Assembly (NCBI RefSeq): GCF_004010195.1
Contig: NW_025214560.1
Coordinates: 8,500 to 46,021, forward strand
Direction: 5' to 3'
DNA from: Chiloscyllium plagiosum
Taxonomy: Eukaryota
DNA: 37,522 nt
Below, piece by piece: positions 11,578-23,635 of the stretch (its first letter is position 1; each line of letters starts with the position of its first letter). Below the pieces are notes generated by a model. That model did not search any database. It was given only the letters and a program-made list of their open reading frames with translations, and was not told the DNA's origin. Made by a program: the position numbers and the translations under genes.

Positions 11578-12395
11578 GAGAGGAGGAGCGTTGGTGACTT
11601 TGATTGGGGCAACATCACAGAGAGAGGATATACCTGCATGATCGCCCAGTGAAGCTGTATTCGTCAAATTAAAAATAAGAATGCGTTATAACTTTGATGC
11701 AATTTTAAGGCAGATCACCAATAGTCAGTGGAATATTGAGAAGAAAATTTGCCCGAGATCTCAGATATCTGTAAGAATAACGGATTTGTCATGGTCGGGG
11801 ATTTCAGCTTTCCAAACGAGCACTTGGAGTGACTAAGAGTTAAGTGCTTGTTTGGGAAAAAGATTGTAAAGTGTATTCAAGGAAACTTTTTCAATCAATA
11901 TGGAGATTGTACAACTGGAGAAAGGACCAAACCTGTCCCTCTCTAGGGAAAGAAGATAGGGAAAGGGACTGACGTATCAGTGTGGGAGTACATTGGCAAA
12001 GTGACCACCGTTTAAATTGTTTGAAAATCGATAAGGAGAAGGACAGCCCTGGTCCACAAGTTAAATTGAAAAGCTGGAGTAATGCCAATGTTGATAGTAT
12101 TAAAAGCAATATAAAATGAGCGTTCATGGCCACGATGGTCTTGTTGTGTGCACAAAAATGCGAATATCAATTAGAAACGCTGGCTACCTATTGATGCTCT
12201 GGTCAAGATAAAGGGGACAGATATCATGTACAGCCAGCTCGATCAAGTAAATATCTTTAACAGCACAGGGGATGTAGGAATACACTTTGGTTGGAAACCA
12301 GGAATGCAAAACGCTGATATGTGAAATAGTTTTGACAAAGAAGGTTAAGTAAAATCGAAAGTGTTCGCACAAGGGTTTTAAAGGCAAAAGACTCA
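11578..12395 (+). mobile_element. Decayed CR1 ORF2 endonuclease and linker fragment
   Basis: VMVGDFSFPN motif at about 11788-11817 and an SDH-type motif (AGTGACCAC) at about 12000. Confidence 0.75.
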
Positions 12396-12849
12396 ATTGT
12401 TACAACACGGGATAAATCTTTTCTGGGGTACTGGTTTTTACATTAGCAGTGGAAAAAACATCTGTTAATTTAAAAACCAGAACCACAGAAAAGATTTAGC
12501 CCATGTTGTAATCTGTGAAAATTCGAGAGGCCAAGAAGCATTTAATGTAAAAATTAACAACGTCAGTTCTCAATGTATAACAGACAATAATTTAATAACA
12601 ATTATTGACAATTCCTTCATCGAACCTATCTTTTATCTTCCCTTCTGTAAGACTAGTCCAATAAAACGTCTGATTAAGATTTAGCAAACAAACTACTTAT
12701 CTCAAAACCAGTCAGCTTTCACTTCTTCTCTGTATCCCATTCTTGCTTTCTACTTCTTGTGAATGCTGCTTCACATGTTACTGATCGATAAATGTACGTT
12801 TCATAGAGATATTCTCTGAGAATAAAACGTTTACTTCAGGTGTCGAGGC

Positions 12850-13700
12850 CTCTATTTGCCGAGAGGTGCAAAGTAGGAGCGAAGAACTGCTGGGAAGTTT
12901 TTAAGTGGAGCTGGATGAACTACGGATCATCCGGGAGGCTGAGGGAGATATTGAGAGGCTGAACAGGGAGGTGGTCACACTACAGACACAGAATACGGAC
13001 AACTGGGTTCCTGTCAGCGGGAGGAAAAGGAACCGACGGTCAGAGGAGGGATCCCCTGCCGCAGTTCCTCGCAGCAATAAGTGTACCATTTTGGATACTG
13101 CTGGTGGGGCCGACGGACCGGGGAAAGCCATCGTTGTTGTCAGGTCACTCAAACTGAGGCTGGCTCTGTGGCTCAGAAGGGAATTGGGGAAAATAGAAAA
13201 GCGCTAGTGGTAGTAGACTCAATAGCTAGACGGATTGACAGGAAATTTCGTGGTCAGGAATGGGACACCCGGAAGGTATGTTGCCTCACCAATGCCAGGG
13301 TCCGGGATGTCACTGAACGGGTTTGCAAGACTCTCAAGGGGGAGGGGGAGCAGACAGAAATAGTGGTGCATAATGGTACCAATGATATAGCCAGGAAAGG
13401 GGTTGGTGGTCTGAAAAGTGACTTCAGAACGTTAGGTTGGAAGCTGAAGAGCAGGACGAATAGAGTAGTGATCTTAGGTTTGCTTCCGGTGCCACGAGAT
13501 ACCGTGATTAAGCAATTAAGCGAATGCAGCTTAACACGTGGCTGCAAGGCTGGTGCAGAAGGGAGGGCTTCCGATACCTAGACCATTAGGTTACCTTCTG
13601 GGAAAGGTGGGACCTGTACATGAAGGGAGGGTTGCACCTGAACTGGAGGGGCACAAATGTCCGAGGTGGGAGATTTGCTCGTGTTATTTGGAAGGCGTAA
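12850..13700 (+). pseudogene. CR1 ORF1 (coiled coil plus esterase-like domain), frameshifted
   Basis: ORFs 12905..13207 and 13081..13581 and the next frame reconstruct a CR1 ORF1. Confidence 0.85.
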
Positions 13701-13808
13701 ACTAGTTTGGCAGTGGGGTGTGAAACAGAACCACTGTCTGAGAGGGGGACAGTTACAGATGGGGCAGTGACAGGATGCATTGAATCTGTCAGCAAGTTTT
13801 CTCACGCG

Positions 13809-16800
13809 ATGAAACAAAGGGGTCAGTTAAAGTGTATCTGCTTTCATGCAAGGAGTGTCCAAAATAAGAGTGACGAACTTAAATCATGCATCAGTACTTG
13901 GGTTATGATATTGTGGCCATGACGGAGACATGGTTTTCACAGAGGCAGGAATGGTTGCTTGATGTTCCAGGGTTTAGAACGTGTAAAAAGAACAGGGAGG
14001 GTGGAAAAACAGGAGGGTTATAACATTACTAATCATCGAGTGCATCACAACTAGAGAAACAAAGGTTGTTGTGGAAGGTCTTTCTACTGAGTCAGTGTGG
14101 GTGCACGTCAGGAACAAGAAGGGAACAGCCACCGCTTTGGGCTTTTCTACCGACAACTTAATAGCAGTAGAGAGATTGAAGATCTCATAGGTGGGAAGAT
14201 TCTGGAAAAATGCTGCAGTAGCAGGTTTGTTGTTATGGGTGATTTCAACCTTCCCAAAATTGACTGGGACCTCCTAAGTGCAGATGGTTTGGATGGAGCC
14301 GTTTTTGTTAGGTCTGTTCAGAAGGGATTTCTTTCTCAGTATGTAGACAGACCGACAAGGGTGGAAACTGTTTTGGATTTGGAGCTCGGCATCGAGCCAG
14401 GATAGGTGTTAGATCTCGTGGTGGGAGAGCAGTTCGGTGACAGTGAGCAGAACTGCCTCAAATTTAGCAAAGCCTTCCAGAGTGAAAGGAACAGTTACCG
14501 AGGGAAGATATATATTGGGGAAAAGGAAATTATGATGCTATCAGAAGGAGTTGGGAAGTGCAGACTGAGAGCAATTATTCCACAGAAAGGGCACAGCAGA
14601 CATGTGGAGACTTTTTAAGGAGCAGTTGTTCCTAGTGGTGCACATGTGTGTTCCTCTGACAGGTGCAAAGAGGTAAGTGCACGGAATCTTTGATGATGAG
14701 AACAGAGGGGCTTCTTGTCAAAAGAAAGAAGTCAGCTTACGTGAGATGGAGGACGCAATCGATTGGCACAGCTTTAGAGAATTACAGGTTTGCTCGAAGG
14801 GAGCTCAAAAATGGACTGAGCAGAGCCAGAAGGGGGCATGAAAAAGGCTTGGCAAGGCGGATTAGGGAGAAGCCAAATACATTTTACTCGTACGTGAGGA
14901 ATAAGAGAATGATCAGGGAGAATGTAGGGCCGATCAGGGATAGAGGAGGGAACTGGAGCGTGGAGTCTGAGCAGATAGGGGAAGCCATAAATGAGTTTTG
15001 CACTTCGGTTTTCACCAACGAAAAGGATCTTGTTGTGAATGAGGACTTTGAGGAGCTAGGATACAGTCTTAACCAGATCAAGATTGATGACGTTGATGTG
15101 CTGGAAATGTCGGAAAACGTTAATATTGATAATTCCCCAGGGTCAGACCAGATTTATTCAAGGGTGCTCCGGGAAGCGAGAAAGGAGGTTGCTAAGCGGC
15201 TGGCGAGGATATTTGCCTTCGCACAGGAGTTGACCGGAGGATTGAAAAGAGTCGAATGTTGTTCCGCTTTTCAAGAAGGGGAATAGTAAAAATTCTGGCA
15301 ATTACAGACCAGTCAGCCTTACGTCTGTGGTCAGCAAAGATTTGGAAAGAATTCTGAGGGATAGGATTTATGACTGTTTGGCAAAGCATAGTGTGATTCA
15401 AAACTGTCAGCATGGCTTTGTGAGGCAGGTCATGCCTTACAACTCTTTTTGAGTACTTTGAGGAGGTGTCAATTCAGGTCGACGAAGGTCGAGTTGTGGA
15501 TGTGGTGTATATAGATTTCAGCAAGGCATTTGCTAACATTCTCCATGTTAGGCTCAATTCATAAAGTCAGGAACTATGGGATACAGGGAAATTTGGCTAA
15601 CCAGATTCAGAATTGACTGGCAGATAGAAGATAGAAAGTGGTTGTGGATGGAAAGTATTCTGCCTGGTGGTCAGACTTGAGTGGGATCCCACATGGCTCT
15701 GCTTCTTGTAGGTTTAATAAATTACTTGGATGAGGAGGTTGAGGGATGGGTTAGTAAATTTTCAGGTGACACAAAATTTGGTGGTGTCGTCGATTGTATT
15801 GAGGGCTATTGCAGGCTGCAGCGTGACATAGACAGGATGTAGAGCTGGGCTGAGAAATGGCAAATGGAGTTTAACCTGGATAAATGCGAGATAATGCGTT
15901 TTGGAATGTGGAACTCTAATGCTGACATGTTTCTTGGCATTGTGGATGGACAGAGGGATCTGGGTGTGCAGGTACATAGATCCCTCAAAGTTGCCACACA
16001 AGTGGATAGGGTTGTTCAGAAAGAATAGATTAGATTACTTTACAGTGTGGAAACAGTCCCTTCGGCCCAACAAGTCCACACGGACCCGCCGAAGCGCAAC
16101 CCACCCAATACCCCTACATTTGCCCCTTACCTGACACTACAGACAATTTAGCGTGGCCAATTCACCTAACCTGCACATCTTTGTGACTGTGGGAGGAAAC
16201 CAGAGAGCCGGAAGAAACCCACGCAGACACGGGGAGAATGTGCAAACTCCACACAGTCAGTCGCCTGAGTCGGGAATTGAACCCGGGTCTCTGGCGCTGT
16301 GAGGCAGCAGTGCTAACCACTGTGCCACCGTGCCGCCCACAAGCATATGGTGTTTTTGCTTTCATTAACAGGGGATCGAGTTTAAGAGCCGCGAGGATTT
16401 GCTACAGCTCTACAAGTTCCAAAACACTTAGAATATATGTCCAGTTCTGGTTGCCCTACTATAGAAAAGATACAGAGACTTTGGAGAGGATGCAAAGAAG
16501 ATTTACCCGGATGCTGCTTGGACTGGAGGGCTTGCCTTTTGAAGAAAGCTTGAACAAGCTCAGACCTTTCTCTGTGGAGAGACGGAGGTAGAGAGGAGAC
16601 CTGATTGAGTTAACCAAGATAATTAGTGAAATAGATAGAGTTAACACCCAGAGACCTTTCCCCAGGGCACGATGGACAGGTATGAGGAGTCATCGTTTGA
16701 AGCTATTAGAAGGAAGGTATAAAGGAGACGTTAGAGGTAGGTTCTTTACCCAGATAGTTGTGAATGCATGGAATGCATTGCCAGCTGTGGTGGTGGAAGC

Positions 16801-16860
16801 AGAGTCATTGGGGACATTTAAGCGACTGCTGGACATGCGCATGGATAGCAGTGAGTTGAG
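13809..16860 (+). pseudogene. CR1 ORF2 (endonuclease-reverse transcriptase), disrupted
   Basis: Starts LKCICFHARSVQNKSDEL and ends GRFFTQIVVNAWNALP..FKRLLD. Contains multiple stops, frameshifts and a SINE insertion. Confidence 0.88.
16026..16338 (-). mobile_element. Full-length HE1 V-SINE inserted in CR1 ORF2
   Basis: Minus strand: GGGCGGCACGGTGGCACAGTGGTTAGC (A box), GGGTTCAATTCCC (B box), V core, and a GTAATCTAATCTA tail. Confidence 0.93.
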
Positions 16861-17439
16861 AGATGCGTCGGTTAAGTTATTATATTTTACATTGGGATGA
16901 AGCCTCGGCACAACATCATGGGCCAAAGGACCTGTTCGGTGCTGTATTTTTCTATGTTCTATGTTCTATGTAAGTCTGCAGATGTAGTTGGCTGGACAAT
17001 CCTCCTTCCAACCGTTCAATGTTTCCCCAGTCTTATATACACATTGCATCGGATTGTGTCATTGGCTTTTAAGGTTGTCAATATACTAAATTCAGGCTTG
17101 ATTAAAGTTTGTGGTTTTTTGGGTGATAATTTAAACTGATTGACCTAATTTGAATCGTGTTTTGTGTGCGTGCAACCAGCTACCCGCAGTATCCCAGTAG
17201 CTGGACGGCATGTAATATTGAATTCTGATGACAACTCTAGGTACTGTCAGTGCTAGATATTAACTCTCTTGGCGCACAGTATGCCCACATGTTCACAACA
17301 TAATAATAAGAAAATATGGATTTTTAAACATCAATGCGGTCACTGCTGTTTAGAACTAAAGGAATGGTTAATATCCAAATATTTCATTTCAGAACTTACT
17401 GTGGAGAAATACTGAGGAACGCAGGGAACTAAACAGTGA

Positions 17440-19050
17440 TAAGGGAGGCAACTATTGGAACATTGTGTGCAAATCTGATCTCCTTTCTGCCGGAAGGACG
17501 TTGTGAAATCTGAAAGTATCTCAAAAGATTTTCAAGAATGTTGCCAGCGTTCGACTGTTTGAGCTGCAGGGAGAGGTCAAGTAGATTGGGACTGTTTTCC
17601 CTGGCTCATCGGAGTCTGACTGGTGGCCTGATGGAAATGTATAAATAATGAGGGCCACGGAAAGAGTAACTGTACCTGGTCTATTCCCCAGCATGCTGGA
17701 GTCCAAACCTCTCCGGCATATGTTTAAGGTGATGGGGGAAATTTTGTAAAGGATTGTATGGGACAACAATCACATGCATAGGGTATAGAAGCCCCTACGA
17801 CGGGAAGAAGTTCAGACGGATACAATTTCAATTTTCAAAACTTATTTGTGAATAGGAAGAGTTTCGAGGCCATTGGCCAAAAAGTGGCAAATGGGTCCAG
17901 ATGTATCGAGATTAGCTGGTCAGTATTGACGAGTTGGACCGGAGGGTCTGTTTCTGTGCTATTCATTTCTTTAACTCAATGTCTTGATAAGAGTCCAAAT
18001 TGCAGAAGAGGCATTAATGAAGGTTTTAAAACACAAAATAGATAAATCACCAGGACATGATCAAGCATATTCCAGGATGTCGTGGGAAGCTAAAGAAGAC
18101 TTTATGTGGCCCACAGAGAGATATTTGTGCCAGGAGTATTGGAGGTTAAGGGATGACTTTATGCAGGTTTATAAAATCACGAGGGACATGAATACAATAA
18201 ATCGACAAATTATTTCCCCTGGGGTGGAGGAATCCAGAACTAAACTTCATAAATTAAGTGTGAGAGGAGAAAGGTATGAAAGAAAACTAAGGGGCAACTT
18301 TTTCACGCAGAGGGTGGTAATTGCATTGAATGAGCTGCCAGTGCATTTGGTGGAGTTTCGTATAATTGCAACATTGAAAAGGCATCTGAATGGTTATATG
18401 AATAGGAAGGGATTGGAAGTCTTATGCTCTTGGTGCTGGCAGGTGGAACTGGATTGGATTGCGTTATCTGATTGGCATGGACAAGTTGGACTGAATGTCC
18501 ATTTCCGTGCTGTACATCTCTCTGACCCTATGACTCTATGTGGGAATTGCTGAAACACTGGAGGTCGCTATAGTGGACAGTGGAGGAGGTTTACTAAAAA
18601 TACAAAGGGGTCTTGATGAAATGTGTGATCTGGCTGAAAAACTGCTGACGGAGTTCAATCTGGTCAAATGCATTTTGGTTTCAACAATTGTAGAGCTGAG
18701 ACATTTAATGGTAGGGCATTTAGTCGTGTTGTAGAACAGAGAGAATTCATGTTTTATGCTTGCATCACAGAAAAGCAGGGTGATTAAAATGGTATTTAGC
18801 ACGCTTGCCTTCATTGGGGGATTTCAAGATTAGGGGCCACATTTTGAAGATTAGAGAAGGGGAATTTAAAGAAAAACGTCACGAGGGACAAATTGTTGCA
18901 CAGAGGGTGGTTTGTGTTGAATGGACTTGCCGACGAAGCGGTGGATGTGGATACAGTTACAACGTTCGAAATACATTTGAATAAGTATGCGAGCAGGAAG
19001 GTTTGGAAAGTTATAGGCCAGGAACAGGCAAGTGGAACGCGATCACTGGA
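17440..19050 (+). mobile_element. Cluster of decayed, internally deleted CR1 3' fragments
   Basis: Three successive ORF2 C-terminus or 3' UTR remnants (for example KSPGHDQAYSR fused to RLRDDFMQVYKI...GNFFTQRVVIALNELP). Confidence 0.75.
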
Positions 19051-19174
19051 TCAGTTTCAGTGAAGTATGGCTCGCTGATCTTGAATTTAATGATGTGTCA
19101 TTATTTGAAAAAGCCGGCAAGGGAAAGCCAAAGAACTACAGACCGATGAGGTTGATATCAGTGATCAGTGATAT

Positions 19175-19663
19175 TAGCTTAAAAATGTGTTGCTGGAAAA
19201 GCGCAGCAGGTCAGGCTGAGAAGGAGAATAGACTTTTGGGCTTATGCTGCCTGACCTGCTGCGCTTTTAGAGATTAGATTAGATTACATTTTTTTAGATA
19301 TGATTACATTACAGTGTGGAAACAGGCCCTTCGGCCCAACAAGCCCACACCAACCCACCAAACAGCAACCCACCCATACCCCTACATTTACTCCTCACTT
19401 ACCTGACACTAGGGGCAATTTAGAATGGCCAATTCAACTGACCTGCACATCTTTGGACTGTGGGAGGAAACCGGAGCACCCGGAGGAAACCCACGCAGAC
19501 ACGGGGAGAACGTGCAAACTCCACACAGTTAGTCGCCTGAGGCGGGAATTGAACGCGGGTCTCTGGCGCTGTGAGACAGCAGTGTCACCGTGCCGCCTGC
19601 TAACATTTCCAGCAACACATTTTTAAGCTCTGATCCCAGCATCTGCAGTCCTCACTTTTTCCC
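19175..19663. mobile_element. Penelope-derived palindromic element with collapsed centre, split by an HE1 SINE
   Basis: The left arm AGCTTAAAAATGTGTTGCTGGAAAAGCGCAGCAGGTCAGGC pairs with GCCTGACCTGCTGCGCTTTT [SINE] TTTCCAGCAACACATTTTTAAGCT. TSD ATCAGTGATC at 19157-19166 and 19664-19673. Confidence 0.8.
19269..19597 (-). mobile_element. HE1 V-SINE with a small deletion in the A-box region
   Basis: Highly similar to 16026-16338, with an (AGATT)n tail at the left end. Confidence 0.92.
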
Positions 19664-20377
19664 ATCAGTGATCGGTAAGCTGTTGAATGCTATTATGAGA
19701 GCTAGGATTTGCATGCATTTGAAAAGGAAAGGTCTGATTCGGGATAATAAGAGTGGCTTTGTGTGTGTCTCCCAACTGAGTTTGTTGAAGAGGTGCAGAA
19801 GAGCATAGATGAAGGCAGAGCAGTAGATGTAATCTGCAATGACATGAGCAAGGCATTTGGTATTGTTTAGCATGGTACACGGCTTAGTAAGTTTCGATTA
19901 CATGAGATTAGGGAAAGCTAACCAAATGGATACAAAATGAATTTGACGGTAGAAAATAGAGGGTGGTGGTAGAGGGTTGTTGTTCAGCCTGGAGGCCTTT
20001 CACCAGAGATGTGCCATAAGAATTGATGCTGGGTCCTCTGTTTGCCAACATTTACACACATGAGTTGGGTGAGAACGCAACAATCATTGTTAATAACATG
20101 AGTGAATGGCAAACATATTGGTATAGTGGAAGTGAATACAGTTATTGAAGGAATAATGATCAATTGACTAATGGGCCGAACAATTAAAGATGGAGTTCAA
20201 TGCAGGAGTTGACTTTTGTTTCGATAAACGAAGGAGAATTAGCACAGTTAATGGTAGGGCCCTGGGTAGGTTTGTTGAACAGAAAGAAACCAAAGGATGC
20301 AGTTATTTTGTTCCTTGAAAGTTGAATCACAAGTGGGGGAGGGGGGATTGTGGATACTGTACATGATGTAGATTATA

Positions 20378-20473
20378 GTCAAGTTGAGAATGGCACTGGA
20401 AAAGCACAGGACGTCAGGCATCAACCGAGGAGCATGAAAATTGTTGTTTCGAGCAAAAGCCCTTCGTCAGGAT
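20378..20473 (-). mobile_element. Single arm of a Penelope terminal repeat with a decayed hammerhead
   Basis: Minus strand reads CTGACGA-AGGGCttttGCTC-GAAAC and the cleavage triplet is lost. Homologous to the arms at 3937-4025. Confidence 0.65.
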
Positions 20474-22258
20474 ACACTTGACCTCACTGTTCAGAGCATT
20501 GAGTACATGAATTGTAGATATTTGTAACATTGTCCTCAATATTTCTCTTGGGCTTAGAAGGCTGCAGGGTGGAAACAGGCCCTTATACCTAGTGAGTATA
20601 AATGAGGCGAGGGAGCAAAGATTTAAAGAGGGAATTGAAGGGTATTATTATCCTCATAAGATGCTGAAAATATGGAAGGAACTGCCGGAGCACATGGTAG
20701 ATACAAGTAACATTGCAACTTACAAGGACATTGGGACAGGTACAAGGAGAAGAAAATGTTTGAAGGGATATGAGGCAAAAGGAGACAAATGCAACCCGTT
20801 CAGTTTAGGAAACGTCCTCAGCATGGAATAGTTGGACCGAAGGTTCTGTTTCAATGATGCATGAATCTATGTTCCAAATACTGAAATGAAGAGACGATGT
20901 AGACAAGGCATACTGTAGCGATTGATGCAAGTTACAGAGATCGGGATGGTAGTCTGCACTGGAGTCTGTTTCAAATATGTGAAGCGATTGTTGAGAGTGG
21001 AGACGGATACAAAGATAGGAATTGTTATAGGAGTTAGATTGATTGAATCCAATGGCCCACAAAGCATGCCATGGTCACAGCATTGGAAAGGGAACACAGA
21101 ACAAAAAGATCCCAGGCAGCTTTGCCATCCTCTCGTGGGACGCTTGACTTCAGCACTGTTGTACTGATTCACACTAAGCCAGACCTGAATTGATAACTGT
21201 GAACTTCCTATGCTGTCTTCGTACAATAAAGCCAAAGATAAGGGTGGGGATTCAGCCTGTGGTGTTTCTGAACTGTGCTTGCCCTCCAACACAGTGTCCA
21301 TGTGATGTCTTGTTAGCCAATGTTTAGAGGTGTCTCATGCTCTCTACTTTGGGAACTGTACCTCACTGAAGGATTTATTGAAGGCTCCAGACATCCCCAC
21401 CATTTGCATCGCTGGTCGACCAACCATCATCAATGAGGTGATGTATGAGACAACCAGCAGTTGGGAGGTCAATTGAGTTTAGGGTCTTCGTCAGAACCAA
21501 CAGGAGATAGAGAAGCGGACAAATTGGAAACTTAGACTGATGCAGTGAGGGTAAGCATGTAGAATAGTACTGAGTCCCAAAGCAATCTGGAAAATCATGT
21601 GCAATCCCATCTCTCTGGAGTGATTGATACTGTTAGCTCAGGGTCTGGAGTAGCTGGAAGAGCGAAAGGCTCTGGCAGAGACAGCAATTCGAAAATCAAA
21701 GCGAGGGACACCACATGGAGGGATGCTTACTTATATCACAAGAGTGTAGGAAGATTTCAGCATCAAACAATTTTATGGGTTGAAGGGGTGTTGATTCCTG
21801 GTGCTCTCGTATTAGTGCTCATAGAAAAGGACAGGGCTGGTACACAAGTTCAAGTTCTATGATAGGACAAGATCAATCATGATCCATTTCAAAAGGTAAT
21901 TATGGAAGTCTATTNNNNNNNNNNNNNNNNNNNNNNNNNNNNNNNNNNNNNNNNNNNNNNNNNNNNNNNNNNNNNNNNNNNNNNNNNNNNNNNNNNNNNN
22001 NNNNNNNNNNNNNNNNNNNNNNNNNNNNNNNNNNNNNNNNNNNNNNNNNNNNNNNNNNNNNNNNNNNNNNNNNNNNNNNNNNNNNNNNNNNNNNNNNNNN
22101 NNNNNNNNNNNNNNNNNNNNNNNNNNNNNNNNNNNNNNNNNNNNNNNNNNNNNNNNNNNNNNNNNNNNNNNNNNNNNNNNNNNNNNNNNNNNNNNNNNNN
22201 NNNNNNNNNNNNNNNNNNNNNNNNNNNNNNNNNNNNNNNNNNNNNNNNNNNNNNNNNN

Positions 22259-22630
22259 GTGCATTGTGAAACATTGGCTGGCTATTAAGGCTCTGGTCAA
22301 GAAAAACAGGACACATGTCAGGTACAGTCAGCTTGATCAAGTGAAACCTTAATAGGCATAGGGGCTGGATAAAAGCACTTTGGATGGAAATCAGGAATAC
22401 AAAAATGGGCGAGAATGTTAAGAATATTGGAAGTGATTGTTCATATATATTAACGGCAAAAGAGTAACTGGGGAGGAAATGGGGCCTTGAAAGAGCAGTG
22501 AGGCCATCGATGTGTGGAACGACAACAGGAGATGACTAAGACACTAAACAAATATTTCACTCGAGAACTTACTGTCGAGAAAGACTGTGGAACTCAGGAA
22601 ACTGAAGGTCACAATTGGAATGGTCTGTGC
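22259..22630 (+). mobile_element. CR1 ORF2 linker fragment
   Basis: Homologous to 12195-12395 and 14710-15030 (YINGKRVT..., LNKYF). Confidence 0.7.
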
Positions 22631-22634
22631 CGTC

Positions 22635-22872
22635 AGAACATAGAACGGAGAAAAGAACAGGCCCTTTGGCCCACGACGTTGTGCCGACAGTTAATCTTAC
22701 TGTGAAATAAAATAAGTTGACCTACGCACCCCTCTACTCACTGTTATCTATGTGCATGTCCAGCAGTCTCTTAAGTGTCCTTAATGACTCTGCTTCCACC
22801 ACCACTAATGGCAACGCATTCCATGCATTTGCAACTCTCTGTGTATAGAACCTTCCTCAGACGTCCCCTCTA
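22635..22872 (-). mobile_element. CR1 3' end, same subfamily as the 12.85-16.97 kb element
   Basis: Reverse-complement match to about 16715-16965 (GACTCTGCTTCCACCACCAC, GCATTCCATGCATT, AGAACATAGAAC tail). Confidence 0.85.
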
Positions 22873-22999
22873 TCGTGAATGGTGCAGCGGACGTACAATG
22901 TCAGCTGTGAAGGTATACTGTAAAATTGGGGCAGTTCTCTGAGGAGAACAGAAGGCTGAAAGCTGGTATTCACTTGCCATCGAAAGAGGTGAAAAACAT

Positions 23000-23635
23000 T
23001 CACCATCAACATCCATCAACTCTCTCCACCGCCCCAAAGGATGCTTCCACATCCAGAAGAGATTTTCCTGCACATGTAACCTTGTACTGTGTCTCTTGTT
23101 CAGGACGGGATTTCCTTATCACTGGGGAGATACGACCCGAATTCGCAGAGCATTGCAGAGAAAATCTCTGGGACACAAGCACCAAACAATCACACCATGC
23201 TGTAGCTGGCTTCTTCACCTTCCCCCTCCCACTTCAAAGATATGTTAGCCCTGGGTCTCGTCCACCATCAAATGCAAGAACAATTCGCCTTCCTCGAAGG
23301 GACCCATCAACCAATCGGCATCAATGTTAACTTCACCAATTTCCTCAACTCCCCTCCCTATCCTCCCATCGCAGATCAAACCCACCAACTCGTCTCCACC
23401 TTCTTGACTGTCCCATCTGTCCATCTTCCTTGCTAAGAATCAGCTCCACTCCGCTCCAAGCTATCATCATCACCCTGCAACCTGCATAAACTGATTGATT
23501 TCCCAGCACCACTCCCATTCCTGCGCCACCCACCCTCCTATTTATCTATCAGCACCCTTATACCTCCTCTCATTCCAGATTAAGGGCTTCTGACTGGAAT
23601 GTCGATTTTCCTGCTCCTGATGTTGCTTGACTGAA
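23000..23635 (+). mobile_element. Penelope-like element 3' part: GIY-YIG endonuclease remnant plus terminal repeat
   Basis: LYCVSCSG..LITGE...FAEHCRENLWDTSTKQSHHAVAGFF, then GTHQPIGINVNFTNF, a pyrimidine-rich UTR and a decayed hammerhead-like repeat at 23571-23633. Confidence 0.8.

Larger units (their letters stand above)
12850..16970 (+). mobile_element. Near-full-length decayed CR1 (HER1-like) LINE
   Basis: ORF1 has a coiled coil and an SGNH esterase domain (VVDSIAR, VVHNGTNDI, LHLNWRG). ORF2 has an APE endonuclease (VMGDFNLPKIDW) and RT (SPGSDQIYSRVL, NYRPVSLTSVV, YIDFSKAF). The 3' end is a (TTCTATG)n tail at about 16950-16970. Confidence 0.93.
19060..20880 (+). mobile_element. Decayed CR1 RT-to-3' fragment carrying nested insertions
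   Basis: LFEKAGKGKPKNYRPMRLISVI resumes as GKLLNAIMRARI after 19673. A tail-like ATCTATGTTC lies at about 20865-20875. Confidence 0.8.

Noticed and set aside
17177..17205. 8-bp inverted repeat CCAGCTAC/GTAGCTGG
   Set aside because: Short enough to occur by chance and has no supporting context.
17984..18553. 189-aa ORF as a cellular gene
   Set aside because: It is a chance in-frame fusion of two CR1 ORF2 pieces.
21857..22340. Long ORFs spanning N runs (also at 11.4, 29.4, 33.0 and 35.7 kb)
   Set aside because: Artefacts of translating through assembly gaps.
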